Of a stretch of DNA of 64,000 nt, positions 18,443 to 29,328 are shown piece by piece. The stretch comes from a virus (taxonomy: Duplodnaviria > Caudoviricetes): positions 64,001 to 128,000 of IMG/VR virus record IMGVR_UViG_3300037249_000709. One strand, 5' to 3'. The number at the start of each line of letters is the position of its first letter. The stretch's first letter is position 1. A program made the position numbers and the translations under genes. The notes beneath the pieces are model-generated. The model saw only the letters and a list, made by a program, of their open reading frames with translations. It was not told the DNA's origin and did no database searches.

Positions 18443-19105
18443 ATGAGTATAGAGAAAGAAATAGAGATTACGAATGAGAATGATAAGGCTAATATAGCCG
18501 AAGAAAACGAAAAGATTGTATATAGCTATTGTTATGAAGATAGATTTCAAAGCGAAGATTTAAAAGAAAGAAAACTATTTTTGTATGGAGAAATTGATGG
18601 ATGTGCAATCGACAATGTTGTATATCATATTTTAAGGTATAATCGACTTGATAAAGATACTCCTATTAAAGAAAGAAAACCCATCGTTGTATTTATCAAT
18701 TCCCCCGGAGGCAGCGTGGTTGACGGATTTGGTGTTGTAGATGCCATTCTTACAAGCGAAACGCCTGTATATACTGTTAATGTTGCTTCATGTGATTCTA
18801 TGGGGTTGTTAATATATCTTGCAGGTCAGAGAAGATATAGTATGCCGCATAGTGAATTTCTGCTTCACGAAGGGTATTCGGGTGCTTTTGATAGTTCAGG
18901 CAAAATTCAAGACCGAATTAGGTTTGAGGGTGAGCAGGTCGAAGTAATGGTAAAAGATTTTGTTATAAAGCATTCAAATATTGCCCCAGAAGAATATGAT
19001 AAAAACCTACGCCGCGAGTGGTATTTCTTACCAAAGGAAGGTAAGAAACTTGGTGTAGTTGATTATATTCTCGGAGAGGACTGTCCTCTAAAGGAGATTT
19101 TATAA
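18443..19105 (+). CDS. clpP: ClpP-family protease
   Basis: FINSPGGSV, catalytic Ser (CDSMG) and His (LLHEG). Confidence 0.85.
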   Translation: MSIEKEIEITNENDKANIAEENEKIVYSYCYEDRFQSEDLKERKLFLYGEIDGCAIDNVVYHILRYNRLDKDTPIKERKPIVVFINSPGGSVVDGFGVVDAILTSETPVYTVNVASCDSMGLLIYLAGQRRYSMPHSEFLLHEGYSGAFDSSGKIQDRIRFEGEQVEVMVKDFVIKHSNIAPEEYDKNLRREWYFLPKEGKKLGVVDYILGEDCPLKEIL

Positions 19106-19126
19106 TTTCAAGAAAGGTGAAAACTA

Positions 19127-20335
19127 TTGATACAGAGATTGGAAAACGAAAACGAAGAACAATTCCTGTGGCGGCTCGGACAAGCAAAAGATAAAGGTGA
19201 GTTAGATTTAAGTTGGCAAGAAATTGCTGATATTATGAATAAAGAATTTCGAGATGATGTTTCCGAATATTTATCTGAGGCTGCATATCGTAAGCCATAT
19301 CAACAATCTGCACGTTTTTGGAATGCCGGAGCATTCTCTAAATTATCCGAAGATATGTATATTGCGGAATTAAGAGAGGCTAAACACGAATTAAGAAAAG
19401 AAAAACAAAAACTTTTCGATGAGCGGACGGCACTTAACAAAACACTTAGAGAGCAGAGTAGGCTTGAATCAACCTTTGATATAGTCAAAAGAGCTATTCA
19501 AGAATACAAACCAACCAAGTTCAATTATGAATACCATAAAAATATTGAGAGCGACAATGATTTAATAATTCACCTAACGGATATTCATTGTGGCGTAGAT
19601 ATAGATTCAAAATTTAATATTTTTAATTTTGAGATTTTGAAAGAGCGTTTAAAAAAATATATTACTGAAATATTAAATATCAAGTATTTATATAAATCGG
19701 AAAACGCCTATGTAATTATAGGTGGAGATTTAATACAAGGTCTTATTCATGTAAATTCGAGAATTGAAAGCAAAGAGAATGTGGTTGAGCAAATTATGAA
19801 AGTTACTGATTTGGTCAGTAACTTTCTTTTTGAATTAAGCCAGCATTTTAATATGGTAGAAGTACATACGACTGCTGGTAATCATTCTCGTTCCACTGCA
19901 AGCAAAGAAGAAAGTGTTAGAGGTGAAAACTTCGATTTACTTATTCCGTTTGCTGCAAAGAAAGAACTTCAAAATATTACCAATATACACTTTAAAGACA
20001 ACTATCTTGAATGCGACGTTGCTACATTTACGGTTAGAGGTCACACTATTTATGCCACACATGGAGACAAAGACACCCCTCGTAATGTGGTTTATCATAT
20101 GACACAATTTGCAAGAAAAGCTAAAATGCCGCTACCAGATATTTGTTACTTAGGGCATAGACACAAAAACGGTTTATCCACTGTAGACGATGTTAAGGTC
20201 ATTGAAAGCGGCTGTGTGGATGGTATGGATTCTTATGCTATTGATAAACGCTTAGTGGGAACGCCGGAACAGACGGTCACAGTAATTACAGAGAAAAATT
20301 GTATTAAAGCATTATGTGATATTCAAATAAATTAA
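19127..20335 (+). CDS. calcineurin-like metallophosphoesterase (YonJ-like position)
   Basis: TDIH, GGDL, GNH, HGD and GHRH motifs. Confidence 0.8.
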   Translation: MIQRLENENEEQFLWRLGQAKDKGELDLSWQEIADIMNKEFRDDVSEYLSEAAYRKPYQQSARFWNAGAFSKLSEDMYIAELREAKHELRKEKQKLFDERTALNKTLREQSRLESTFDIVKRAIQEYKPTKFNYEYHKNIESDNDLIIHLTDIHCGVDIDSKFNIFNFEILKERLKKYITEILNIKYLYKSENAYVIIGGDLIQGLIHVNSRIESKENVVEQIMKVTDLVSNFLFELSQHFNMVEVHTTAGNHSRSTASKEESVRGENFDLLIPFAAKKELQNITNIHFKDNYLECDVATFTVRGHTIYATHGDKDTPRNVVYHMTQFARKAKMPLPDICYLGHRHKNGLSTVDDVKVIESGCVDGMDSYAIDKRLVGTPEQTVTVITEKNCIKALCDIQIN

Positions 20336-20371
20336 AAATATAAAGGGAAGTTTGGGAGAAGAAATATAGAA

Positions 20372-20674
20372 ATGACGAAAGCAGAAATTATTACAAATAT
20401 TACACAGAAAATCAATTCATCAAAATTAGACGATAATAGGATAACTAAAACGGATTGCGAAGCTGTGATTGATTGCTTAATAGATGAAGTGAAATGCTGT
20501 CTCGTAAAAGGTGATAAACTAACTATCAAAGGATTCATCGGGTTAGAAGTGTATGAACGTTCCGAACGAATGGGGCGTAACCCAAAGACGGGTAAAATTG
20601 ATACATTTCCGGCTTCAAAATCTATAAAATGCAAAGTTAGTAAAGCTATAAAAGATGCTGTTAATGGGAAATGA
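20372..20674 (+). CDS. HU/IHF-family DNA-binding protein
   Basis: MTKAEII, GRNPKTG and KDAVN motifs. Confidence 0.9.
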   Translation: MTKAEIITNITQKINSSKLDDNRITKTDCEAVIDCLIDEVKCCLVKGDKLTIKGFIGLEVYERSERMGRNPKTGKIDTFPASKSIKCKVSKAIKDAVNGK

Positions 20675-20684
20675 GGAATATAGT

Positions 20685-21215
20685 TTGAGAAGATTATTTT
20701 TTGATACTCACGAAGAAGTGAGTGAATATATGGTTTCTATGGCAAAAGATGGAAAATGCGTTGAAGCCGTAGTTTATTATGATGAAGCAATAAAACTAAT
20801 ACGTGATTTTGCTCAATTTGACAATGTAGAATTTGAGGCTATTAGTGTAAAGCCTTATGATTTTGTGGGATATGACAAAGAGTATCTCGTTTATCTTGCC
20901 TCGGATATGGTTTTAAGTGTTGAGCCAGCAAAGATGAATGGCGTATATTTAAATTCGGAAGCAGACATTCATTTGATTGATGCTGATGCGAGTTCTTCAA
21001 TCCTAAAGTCACTTTTAGGTGGAGAGCAGATAGAAATGTATATAGGCAAAAATGATGATGTAGATAACAACATAGATAATGTGATTGATAAATTAAATGA
21101 GATTTTTAGCAAGGCGAAAATCACAAAAGATAAAATGGGAAACATTACAGGTATTGAGATAAACAATAAAGATTTAAAATTTTATTATAAAAAGAATTTT
21201 ATAGATTGGTTTTAA
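20685..21215 (+). CDS. hypothetical protein
   Basis: in-frame TTG after GAGGA RBS (track start 20655). Confidence 0.7.
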   Translation: MRRLFFDTHEEVSEYMVSMAKDGKCVEAVVYYDEAIKLIRDFAQFDNVEFEAISVKPYDFVGYDKEYLVYLASDMVLSVEPAKMNGVYLNSEADIHLIDADASSSILKSLLGGEQIEMYIGKNDDVDNNIDNVIDKLNEIFSKAKITKDKMGNITGIEINNKDLKFYYKKNFIDWF

Positions 21216-21263
21216 TTATTCCCTACATAATTGTAATCGATATTTTTAGTTGAAAGAGAGGAT

Positions 21264-22166
21264 GTGATAGGTATGGGACGAAAACCAAACAATAATGAAG
21301 TAAGTGTTTGTTGCTATTGTCAAACACCTCTCCCCCTTTCATCTTCTTTTATAAAAGCCCGCCATAGCTTATATAGCTCAACGGGATATTTGCCTATTTG
21401 CAAAGAATGCTTTGAAACTCTCGTGTATCGTTATAGCAAAAAATATGGAGATGATATACGCAAGGCAATTATTAGAGTATGTATGTTATACAATCTTTAT
21501 TATAACGACAAGATATTTAATTCTTGCAATGGCGAAGTTGGTATGTACATACGACAATTAAATATGGTTCAATATAGCAAAAAGTCTTTCGATGATACAA
21601 TCTCGGAAGGCTTTTCTTTTTATGAAGAAAATGCGGAAAGCAAAGATGAAAAAGTAGAAGATGAAGATACGCAAGAGTATAGCATTAAGAAAGTGGACAT
21701 CGAAAGATGGGAAGTTGGGTTTGAGCCAGAAGATTATGCGCTTCTCAACAAACACTATAAATATTTAAAAAACGCAAATCCTAATTGTGATAGTAACCAA
21801 GAAATTTTTATTATGGATTTGTGCTATACAAAAATGCAGCAAATGAAAGCTCTGCGAAACGGAGAAGTTGATAGCTTTAATAAATTGACGGAATCATATA
21901 GAAAGTCTTTCCAACAGGCTGGACTAAAAACCACAAGAGATGATTCTGTTGTTGAAGAAGAATCTTGGGGCAAATGGGTATCTCGAATATCTCAATATAC
22001 TCCAGAAGAATACTACAAAAACAAACAGTTGTATAAGGATTATGACAAAATAGACGAGTATTATCAAAGACACGCAGGTCGTCCATTGGATAACATAATG
22101 AATGGAACGGATGTTAGAGATAAAGAGTTCTATATTCACGAAGGTGACGAAGATGAAAACAAGTGA
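21264..22166 (+). CDS. Zn-finger protein, probable terminase small subunit (YonG-like)
   Basis: CCYC...PICKEC; overlaps the terminase large subunit start. Confidence 0.55.
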   Translation: MIGMGRKPNNNEVSVCCYCQTPLPLSSSFIKARHSLYSSTGYLPICKECFETLVYRYSKKYGDDIRKAIIRVCMLYNLYYNDKIFNSCNGEVGMYIRQLNMVQYSKKSFDDTISEGFSFYEENAESKDEKVEDEDTQEYSIKKVDIERWEVGFEPEDYALLNKHYKYLKNANPNCDSNQEIFIMDLCYTKMQQMKALRNGEVDSFNKLTESYRKSFQQAGLKTTRDDSVVEEESWGKWVSRISQYTPEEYYKNKQLYKDYDKIDEYYQRHAGRPLDNIMNGTDVRDKEFYIHEGDEDENK

Positions 22167-23976
22167 ATATAGCATAAAAGACCTTGCAGATAAACAACAA
22201 ATGGAATTATACAAACAATTTCCAGCGTCTCATTCATTAAGTAATCCCACAATACTGGATAATTTCTTTAGATGGAATACTTTCTTTAGAAGAAATTTTC
22301 ACAGGTATGCCATTGATTACTTGGGTATCAATTTATACGAATACCAAGCGTTGACGTTGTATGAACTGGGTGCTAACCAACACGTTGCGATTGTGGCTTC
22401 TCGTGCTGCGGCAAAATCGTTCTTAATTGCCCTATATGCTTGCATTAGATGTATTCTATATCCAAATACGAAAATTCTTTTAAGTTCAGCCACAAGAGGG
22501 CAATCTGAACTTATTGTTACAGATAAAATACAAGCGGAGCTAATGAATTGGTCGCCAGTATTAGCAAGAGAAATTATTAGCATTAAAAGCAATCAAAACA
22601 ATAGAACTGTTGTAAAGTTTGCAAGTGGCAGCCAAATTACAGTTGTTGTTGCTAATGATAACGCAAGAGGTTGTCGTTCAAACGCTATTGTTCGCGAGGA
22701 ATGTAGACAAATCAACAAAGCTATAGATGATAGCGTTCTTTCGCCTTGTCAGGTATTGAGGCAAGCACCGTATATGTTGAAAGAGCCATATTGCAATATG
22801 CCAGAGTTAAAAGAAGAACCCGTCGATGTGTATATCACTTCAAGCTGGTTCGATGGACATTGGATGTGGCAAATTGTAGACACATACTATGATGAAATGA
22901 AGGCTGGCAAACCATCTTGTGTATTAGCTTTTGATGAGTCTGTTATTTTAAAGCATAATATTAAATCACAAGAGCAGTTGATAGGTGAGCGTAAGAAACA
23001 GGACAAGATAACGTTTTCTTTGGAGTTCTTGAATTTGAGGCTTCGTGAGAATAGCGCTGCCTTCTTTACATATGCTATGTTGCAGCAAAACCAAATCGGA
23101 AAGCAGCCCTTTTATCCTCGTAAAAACGAAGATGTATTGATGAACAAAAAGAATCCGTATGCTATACCCAAGCAAAAGGGCGAAATTAGAATAGTGGCTT
23201 GTGATATAGCTTTTGTTACAAGAAAAGGAAATGATAACTCTATATTTAGTTGTATGAGGTTATTACCCGAAACCGAAACCCATAGTGGTAAAGACCAAAA
23301 AAGTATTGAAATAGACACTGGTTATCGTAGAGTTGTAAGTTGGATTGAAAGTCGTCAAGGTGGAGACATTGATGCACAAGCATTAAGAATAAGACAGTTA
23401 TTTAATGATTGGGATGCCGATTATATTGTACTCGATATGCGTAATGGTGGCGTAACAATTTATGATAAACTTGCAAAGATAATGTACGATGAAGAACGCC
23501 GGCTGGAATATTCGCCGCTTACTTGTATGAACGATGAAACAATAGCTTCTCGTGTAAAAAGTAATGGTGCAGTACCTTGTATATATGTTGTTAATGCAAC
23601 TCAAAAGTTAAATAGTGATATAGCTATGGACTTTCATAGAGTTCTTGAACAGAAGAAGATAGATTTCCTTATACCTTTTGAAACAGCAAAAGAAGAAATC
23701 CTATCAAAGAACAAAGATTACTTGGCTGCATCCGACGCTGAAACTCAATTATTCTTTGAAAGACCGTTCCTTGAAACTCAGGCTTTTATTAATGAAACAA
23801 TAAGTTTAACATACGAAAAGAAAGAGCAAACAGGATTTATCGTTATTCATGAGCAAGGAACTAATAGGAAAGACAGATACACGAGCTGTAGCTATGGCTC
23901 TTATTTTGCAACCTTGTTAGAACAAGATTTATTTTCAAATAGTGAAGATTATGAATTTGTAACATTTATTAATTAA
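22153..23976 (+). CDS. terL: terminase large subunit
   Basis: Walker A-like ASRAAAKS, Walker B IVREE, nuclease ACDIA and KDRY motifs; likely start ATG 22153. Confidence 0.9.
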   Translation: MKTSEYSIKDLADKQQMELYKQFPASHSLSNPTILDNFFRWNTFFRRNFHRYAIDYLGINLYEYQALTLYELGANQHVAIVASRAAAKSFLIALYACIRCILYPNTKILLSSATRGQSELIVTDKIQAELMNWSPVLAREIISIKSNQNNRTVVKFASGSQITVVVANDNARGCRSNAIVREECRQINKAIDDSVLSPCQVLRQAPYMLKEPYCNMPELKEEPVDVYITSSWFDGHWMWQIVDTYYDEMKAGKPSCVLAFDESVILKHNIKSQEQLIGERKKQDKITFSLEFLNLRLRENSAAFFTYAMLQQNQIGKQPFYPRKNEDVLMNKKNPYAIPKQKGEIRIVACDIAFVTRKGNDNSIFSCMRLLPETETHSGKDQKSIEIDTGYRRVVSWIESRQGGDIDAQALRIRQLFNDWDADYIVLDMRNGGVTIYDKLAKIMYDEERRLEYSPLTCMNDETIASRVKSNGAVPCIYVVNATQKLNSDIAMDFHRVLEQKKIDFLIPFETAKEEILSKNKDYLAASDAETQLFFERPFLETQAFINETISLTYEKKEQTGFIVIHEQGTNRKDRYTSCSYGSYFATLLEQDLFSNSEDYEFVTFIN

Positions 23977-23995
23977 AAAAGAGAGGAGGATTATA

Positions 23996-25636
23996 GTGTC
24001 AGATTCAAATAACAAACCACAACCCACTAAACAGAAACATTATAATCGTCCTCGTGGAAAGAGGACTGTTGAACAAAATACCCAACAAAAACAGGTTAGA
24101 AACGAGTTTAACACATACCATAGTTCAGTAGCTTATTCAGATTATTATTTTGGTTTAAATATATTTGATTTATATAATCCGCAGGAGCTTGCCGAGTTAG
24201 TAAAAGACCCGATGGCGAACAATGAAATGCTCCGCGAAATATCTTTAATACTATATGGTACAAACGGTGTTTATACAAACACTGTTGATTATATGACTGC
24301 TATGCCAACATTGGACAAGGTTGTTGTCACTCACGGTAGGAATGCAAAGAGAAAAGAAAAAAATAAAAGTTTAATGGAGTCCACACTTCGTACAATCAAA
24401 GACAAAGAAATAATTCGTGATGCTTTATTTCGAGGAATGATTGAAGGTGTGGCTTTTTATTATTTTGAAACAACCACAAGACCGCAATCATTACAGAAAA
24501 ATCTAATGGACTATGAGGTTGAAAACATTATTGAAATCAATGAGGCTGGAATTAACGCAAGCGTAATCTCTTTGCCCGCCAAATACACAAAAATTGTCGG
24601 TATTAAAAATTCATCGTATGTAATTGCTTTTAATCTTGATTATTTCGATATAGCAAGTGGCGAGTCTTGCGAGAAAAAGTTAAAGAAATATCCAAAAGAA
24701 ATTAGGGACGCTTATACGAACAGAAAGAAGAATAATACCAGCGGTAATTGGCTTGTATTGGATAATACGAAAACGATTGTCCATAAAATTCGTTCTAAGC
24801 GAGAAGAAAAATACGGTAGACCACTGGTTCTTGCAGCCATAACAGATATTCTATATGGAGATTATTTCACCAAAACTAAGCGCAATGTATTGGATGAAAT
24901 CAACAATAGGATTATTTATCAAACATTTCCAGAAGGAAAAGAAAAGGGATTATCGGCACTAACAAGTAAACAACAGGAACAACAACATACTTCTGTTAAG
25001 AATGCCGTAATGAATAAAAACAATCGTGGTGGCATTTCGTTTTTCTCTGTTGCGGCAGGAACAAAGATAAATGCGTTAGAAGCTGCAAATACCGACATTT
25101 TTGATGATAAATATGAATCTAATTTAAATGACAGAATATCGCTGGATATGGGCATTGCTTCTTCCCTATTGAATGGTAGTTCGTCTGGTAGTTATTCCGC
25201 ACAAGAAAACAACCTCGAATTAGTAACTGCTCAAATTATGCAATGGGTAGGACAAATTGAAGAAGAATTAAATAAGTGCATATCCCACAATGTAATAAAA
25301 GATAATACGAACTGGGTTGAGTGTAGGTATTTACCCATTACCCATGTAAACAAGAGTAAAATGGTGGGCTATGCAAAAGACTTGTATTTACAAGGCAAGG
25401 GTAGTCTATCATTGTGGTCATCGGCTTGCGGCATTTCCCCAGATATATTTTTTGCTTTATTAGACCAAGAGCTTGAAGCAAATATTGAGGATAAATACCC
25501 TGTTCATAAGACAAGTTATGTTTTATCAAGTAAAGATGGAAGTCAAGGTAGACCAACAACTGATAACCCAACAGAAAATACTATAAAATCTCGTGAGGGC
25601 GGAAAGAACTCTATACCTTCTCCGAGTGATACATAA
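23996..25636 (+). CDS. portal protein
   Basis: 546 aa directly after terL; YGRP motif. Confidence 0.75.
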   Translation: MSDSNNKPQPTKQKHYNRPRGKRTVEQNTQQKQVRNEFNTYHSSVAYSDYYFGLNIFDLYNPQELAELVKDPMANNEMLREISLILYGTNGVYTNTVDYMTAMPTLDKVVVTHGRNAKRKEKNKSLMESTLRTIKDKEIIRDALFRGMIEGVAFYYFETTTRPQSLQKNLMDYEVENIIEINEAGINASVISLPAKYTKIVGIKNSSYVIAFNLDYFDIASGESCEKKLKKYPKEIRDAYTNRKKNNTSGNWLVLDNTKTIVHKIRSKREEKYGRPLVLAAITDILYGDYFTKTKRNVLDEINNRIIYQTFPEGKEKGLSALTSKQQEQQHTSVKNAVMNKNNRGGISFFSVAAGTKINALEAANTDIFDDKYESNLNDRISLDMGIASSLLNGSSSGSYSAQENNLELVTAQIMQWVGQIEEELNKCISHNVIKDNTNWVECRYLPITHVNKSKMVGYAKDLYLQGKGSLSLWSSACGISPDIFFALLDQELEANIEDKYPVHKTSYVLSSKDGSQGRPTTDNPTENTIKSREGGKNSIPSPSDT

Positions 25637-25643
25637 CCAATAT

Positions 25644-25678
25644 TAAGAGAATCAGCAAGTCTGTTGGTTCTCTTTTTA
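25644..25678 (+). terminator. intrinsic terminator
   Basis: AAGAGAATCAGCA/TGTTGGTTCTCTT stem then T-run. Confidence 0.65.
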
Positions 25679-25712
25679 TATATATTCGCACGAAAGGCGG
25701 TGAAAAAGAAGT

Positions 25713-26885
25713 ATGAGACGATTTGAAATTTCAAGTAAAAAGTCAAAGAACGGCAGGAGAAAATTCAAGGCTATTTTGTACACAATTTTTCCAGACTCTT
25801 GTGTAGATGAAGAAAATCAAGTTGGCACTGAGTTCAATAGGAACGGTATAACGTGGATAAGAGAGTATTGTGAAAAGGCGCTTTCAAGTATTGAGGGTAT
25901 GAGTCTAAGAGTTGAATTTACAGATGATGAGCGTACCGAAATATTAGGTCATGGAGAAACAGGAATAGTAGATAATGAACCTACTTATGAAAACGCTGTC
26001 CAGATAGGTACTTTTACAAAAGGATATATAGATGAAATTGAAACAGATGAGGGAATAATCACTGCTTGTATTGGTGAAGGAGAAATAGATGCTCAATGCT
26101 ATCACAACTATGTAACAAAATTAGAAAATGATGCCGCACAGGGCATTTTCCCAAATGGTAGTGTCGAGATAATGCACTCCGAAAATAATAAATATATCAT
26201 TTACAAATACGGTTTCAAAGAAGAAGGCAGAATACCTATGGACTTTATTCACTCAGGGTATGTTCTTTTAGGTGTTGCACCGGCTGACGATAATGCTAAA
26301 TTGATTGAACTTAATAACAATAGTAACAAGGAGGATTTAGACAAAATGACAGATGTTGAGATGAAGGCACTTATCACTCAGGCAATCGAGGAATTTTCTA
26401 ATCAGACTGCCGAGATGAATAAATGCAAAGAGGAATGTCAAGCAAAAGTTGACGCAGTAATTGCAGAGAAAAACGAAATTGTAGCAAGTTCGGCTGAAAT
26501 TCAGGCTGCTCTGGATAAAGTTCGTGCCGAGTACGAGGCTCTTGATAAGAAGTATAACGAACTTTGGGCAGAAAGAGAAACACTTAGTAAAGCTCTTGCC
26601 GAAGCAAAGGCAAAAGAAAGAATAGGTGAACTCAATAAGGCAATTAGCGATTTCTCTGAGGACGAAAGAAAATATGCAGAAGCAGAAATTGAGGCATTTA
26701 ATGATGACCCAATGTCTTGCGAAATCAATACTGTAGTAGACAAGATTTGGCAGGAAATTGGAAAGAATGCAAAAGCTACCGAAAAGAAAGTGGCAGAGCA
26801 GAATAATGATACCGTTGCAGTTGAAGATATTTTTAGCGAGGTAATTGACACTGCGGAAGCTGCCGAGGATGTTAATATCTTTTAA
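25713..26885 (+). CDS. prohead protease/scaffold protein
   Basis: between portal and capsid; GSVEI motif; acidic coiled-coil C-terminus. Confidence 0.65.
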   Translation: MRRFEISSKKSKNGRRKFKAILYTIFPDSCVDEENQVGTEFNRNGITWIREYCEKALSSIEGMSLRVEFTDDERTEILGHGETGIVDNEPTYENAVQIGTFTKGYIDEIETDEGIITACIGEGEIDAQCYHNYVTKLENDAAQGIFPNGSVEIMHSENNKYIIYKYGFKEEGRIPMDFIHSGYVLLGVAPADDNAKLIELNNNSNKEDLDKMTDVEMKALITQAIEEFSNQTAEMNKCKEECQAKVDAVIAEKNEIVASSAEIQAALDKVRAEYEALDKKYNELWAERETLSKALAEAKAKERIGELNKAISDFSEDERKYAEAEIEAFNDDPMSCEINTVVDKIWQEIGKNAKATEKKVAEQNNDTVAVEDIFSEVIDTAEAAEDVNIF

Positions 26886-26906
26886 TTAAGAAAGGAAGGA
26901 AATAAA

Positions 26907-27359
26907 ATGATTAAATTTGAAACTATCGGAATGTTTGATACTGCTAAGAACAACCCTGTAATTACTTCTACAGGTGCAGTAGCAAATTACTCTTTTATTA
27001 CTTATGATGGCGACCTTTACTTCATTAGCAATATCGTAACAGGCGATGCAGCTTATGTTGATAATACAACATTCGCAGCAGGCGAAAAGTTAAGAGGTTT
27101 CCTTGTAAAATCGCTCGAAGGTCAGAAACTTGTAGCAGACGAAAAGCATATCAAGTACGGTGATTCCCAGACGTATGCAAGCATTACTGCTGGCACAACC
27201 CTAATGGGAGTCGATTCAACAACTGGTAAATTGCAGATTATCAATTCTGCACCTACTTCTGGTATCTATTTTAAGGTTACAGATAAAACGACTCTCACAG
27301 GCAACGCTGTTAAGATTAAGGTTATTGTCGTTGACAAGGACACCGTATCAGAAGGCTAA
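26907..27359 (+). CDS. head decoration/structural protein
   Basis: beta-rich protein just before the major capsid gene. Confidence 0.55.
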   Translation: MIKFETIGMFDTAKNNPVITSTGAVANYSFITYDGDLYFISNIVTGDAAYVDNTTFAAGEKLRGFLVKSLEGQKLVADEKHIKYGDSQTYASITAGTTLMGVDSTTGKLQIINSAPTSGIYFKVTDKTTLTGNAVKIKVIVVDKDTVSEG

Positions 27360-27390
27360 TAAAACAATAATGAAAGGAAGGACGTAAATT

Positions 27391-28512
27391 ATGGACGCAA
27401 TTTTTGAAATGAATAACATCCGCAAGGACGCAGATTTTGCAAACGGTAAAATCACAAAACACTCTCCTGTTGTAGAAGTTTTTGCAGCTATGTCCAACGG
27501 TGAATCTCTTGATAGATTTGGCAAGAAAGCAGATGTAGCAGTTAAATATATTCAGAAACTCGGCGAGAGAGCTGAAATGGGTGATTTCTCCGCAGTTGCA
27601 GAGCTTAACACAATTAGACGCTTTGTAATCGAAACACCTATTATGGAGGAAATGAAACTACTTTCCATTTTCGGCACATATCAGAATGTCGGATATGATG
27701 AAACAATCGAGCGCGAGATTTATAAGCACGTTGGCGAACGTTCTCGTGAGCAGGCTGATGGCGGCGATGTAGTATTCCCTGCTATCGAGAAAGAAGTATA
27801 TCCTGTTGCAACGTTTAACATTTCTGGTGGTTATGCAGTAGATTATCGTAGAATCCAGAAGGGCGATATGACAAAGGAAAATGAGGGTATGAATCAGGTT
27901 AAGATTGATATTCTCAATAGAGCAAAAGCTGCCATCGTTAGAAAGGTTTATAATGCTATTAAGAACGCAGTTGGCATTAAATATGTGTTCGAGGGTGCAG
28001 GTCTTACAAAGTCTGGTGCAGACGGCGTTATCAACGCTGTTCGTAGAAACGGTAAACCTTCTGTAATTGGCGACTATGCTATGCTTGCACAGTTTACGCC
28101 GTGGCAGGGTTATGTAGGTACAATCGGTGCTAATACAATTACCGGTATTTCTGATGACATTATCAATCAAATCGCACAGACTGGCATTCTTGCTTCTTAT
28201 AATGGTGCAATCCTTGCAGAGATGGAGAATCCATACAACGAGTACGATATGACAGGTTCTTGGACTGATGGTACTAACACATATACTAACTTTGGCACAA
28301 TGCTGCCACAGGGTCTTGCATTTGTTATTCCAAGCGGCGCTAAGTCGCCTATCGCTACATATACTCGTGGCGGTCTAACATCTATGACTGGCAATGATGT
28401 CAAGACTGGTAAGGTCTTAACAAGATTTGACCTTGCTGTTGGTGTTGATGTTGCCAAAGGTCAAGAGCATAGAATCGGTATGCTAAGAGACACAAATCTT
28501 GGCTCTCTCTAA
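27391..28512 (+). CDS. major capsid protein
   Basis: size, position, strong RBS, followed by a terminator. Confidence 0.75.
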   Translation: MDAIFEMNNIRKDADFANGKITKHSPVVEVFAAMSNGESLDRFGKKADVAVKYIQKLGERAEMGDFSAVAELNTIRRFVIETPIMEEMKLLSIFGTYQNVGYDETIEREIYKHVGERSREQADGGDVVFPAIEKEVYPVATFNISGGYAVDYRRIQKGDMTKENEGMNQVKIDILNRAKAAIVRKVYNAIKNAVGIKYVFEGAGLTKSGADGVINAVRRNGKPSVIGDYAMLAQFTPWQGYVGTIGANTITGISDDIINQIAQTGILASYNGAILAEMENPYNEYDMTGSWTDGTNTYTNFGTMLPQGLAFVIPSGAKSPIATYTRGGLTSMTGNDVKTGKVLTRFDLAVGVDVAKGQEHRIGMLRDTNLGSL

Positions 28513-28525
28513 TATGTGATTTAAG

Positions 28526-28561
28526 ATAGGTTGCTTTACATTCTGTAGGGCAACCTATTTC
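28526..28561 (+). terminator. hairpin terminator after capsid gene
   Basis: ATAGGTTGCTTTACA/TGTAGGGCAACCTAT stem. Confidence 0.6.
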
Positions 28562-28586
28562 AATTAAGAAAAGGGATTGAAGTTCA

Positions 28587-28775
28587 ATGAGTGATAAATC
28601 TAATTTTTATTGCTACTCCTTCAAACTATATCATTTTTTATGTGCGTTTGGAGAAAGTTGCAAATTAACAAAGAAAAATCCCACAAGTGGCAATCGTTAT
28701 TGGGTATTTGCAAAATCGAAAAAACTCGATGAGATTATTTCGCTTTATAATAGCGTGAAACATAAGATTAGTTGA
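28587..28775 (+). CDS. small DUF5659-like protein
   Basis: FYCYS..L...L...G......NP.....YWVF pattern; paralog at 36364. Confidence 0.6.
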   Translation: MSDKSNFYCYSFKLYHFLCAFGESCKLTKKNPTSGNRYWVFAKSKKLDEIISLYNSVKHKIS

Positions 28776-28807
28776 CATCTAAAAGTTTTAATTGAAATTG
28801 GAGGAAT

Positions 28808-29308
28808 ATGAAAATGACAGATATAAGCAAAACAGAGGTTGTAGAGCAAGAATTAAATCTTGATAAAAAGGTAGTTGTTAAAAGTATAGCCGGCTGGACA
28901 GTGGGTTTCGCCCGGCTTGATGGATTTGGGGATATTTCTATTGCACCAGAAGGCAGGACTTCTTTATCAAGGAATGAGATAATTGCACAGGTTCAAAGTG
29001 GAAATAAACTTTTTGCTGGAATTGATGGAATGGGAAGCCACGCAACAATTTATATTGAGGATGCTCCCACTCGTAGGGAAGTTGACTTTGAAAGCGACGA
29101 TGGTAAAACTAAACAGGTGTTTTTCTCGGATAATGCAATTAAGAAGATTTTCGATATTAAATCACAGGATGCTTTTGAGGAAGCGTTTAAGAAAACAATC
29201 GTTACAAGAGCAGAAAAATACGCAGCCTCTAAAGCTATCAAGAGATTAGGAATAAGCGATTATTCTAAGATAGTGTTTGCAGTAGATTACACGGGTTATA
29301 AAATTTAA
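28808..29308 (+). CDS. virion morphogenesis hypothetical protein
   Basis: ORF with GGAGG RBS in the head-tail region. Confidence 0.65.
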   Translation: MKMTDISKTEVVEQELNLDKKVVVKSIAGWTVGFARLDGFGDISIAPEGRTSLSRNEIIAQVQSGNKLFAGIDGMGSHATIYIEDAPTRREVDFESDDGKTKQVFFSDNAIKKIFDIKSQDAFEEAFKKTIVTRAEKYAASKAIKRLGISDYSKIVFAVDYTGYKI

Positions 29309-29328
29309 TAGATTGGTGGTGAGCCGCT

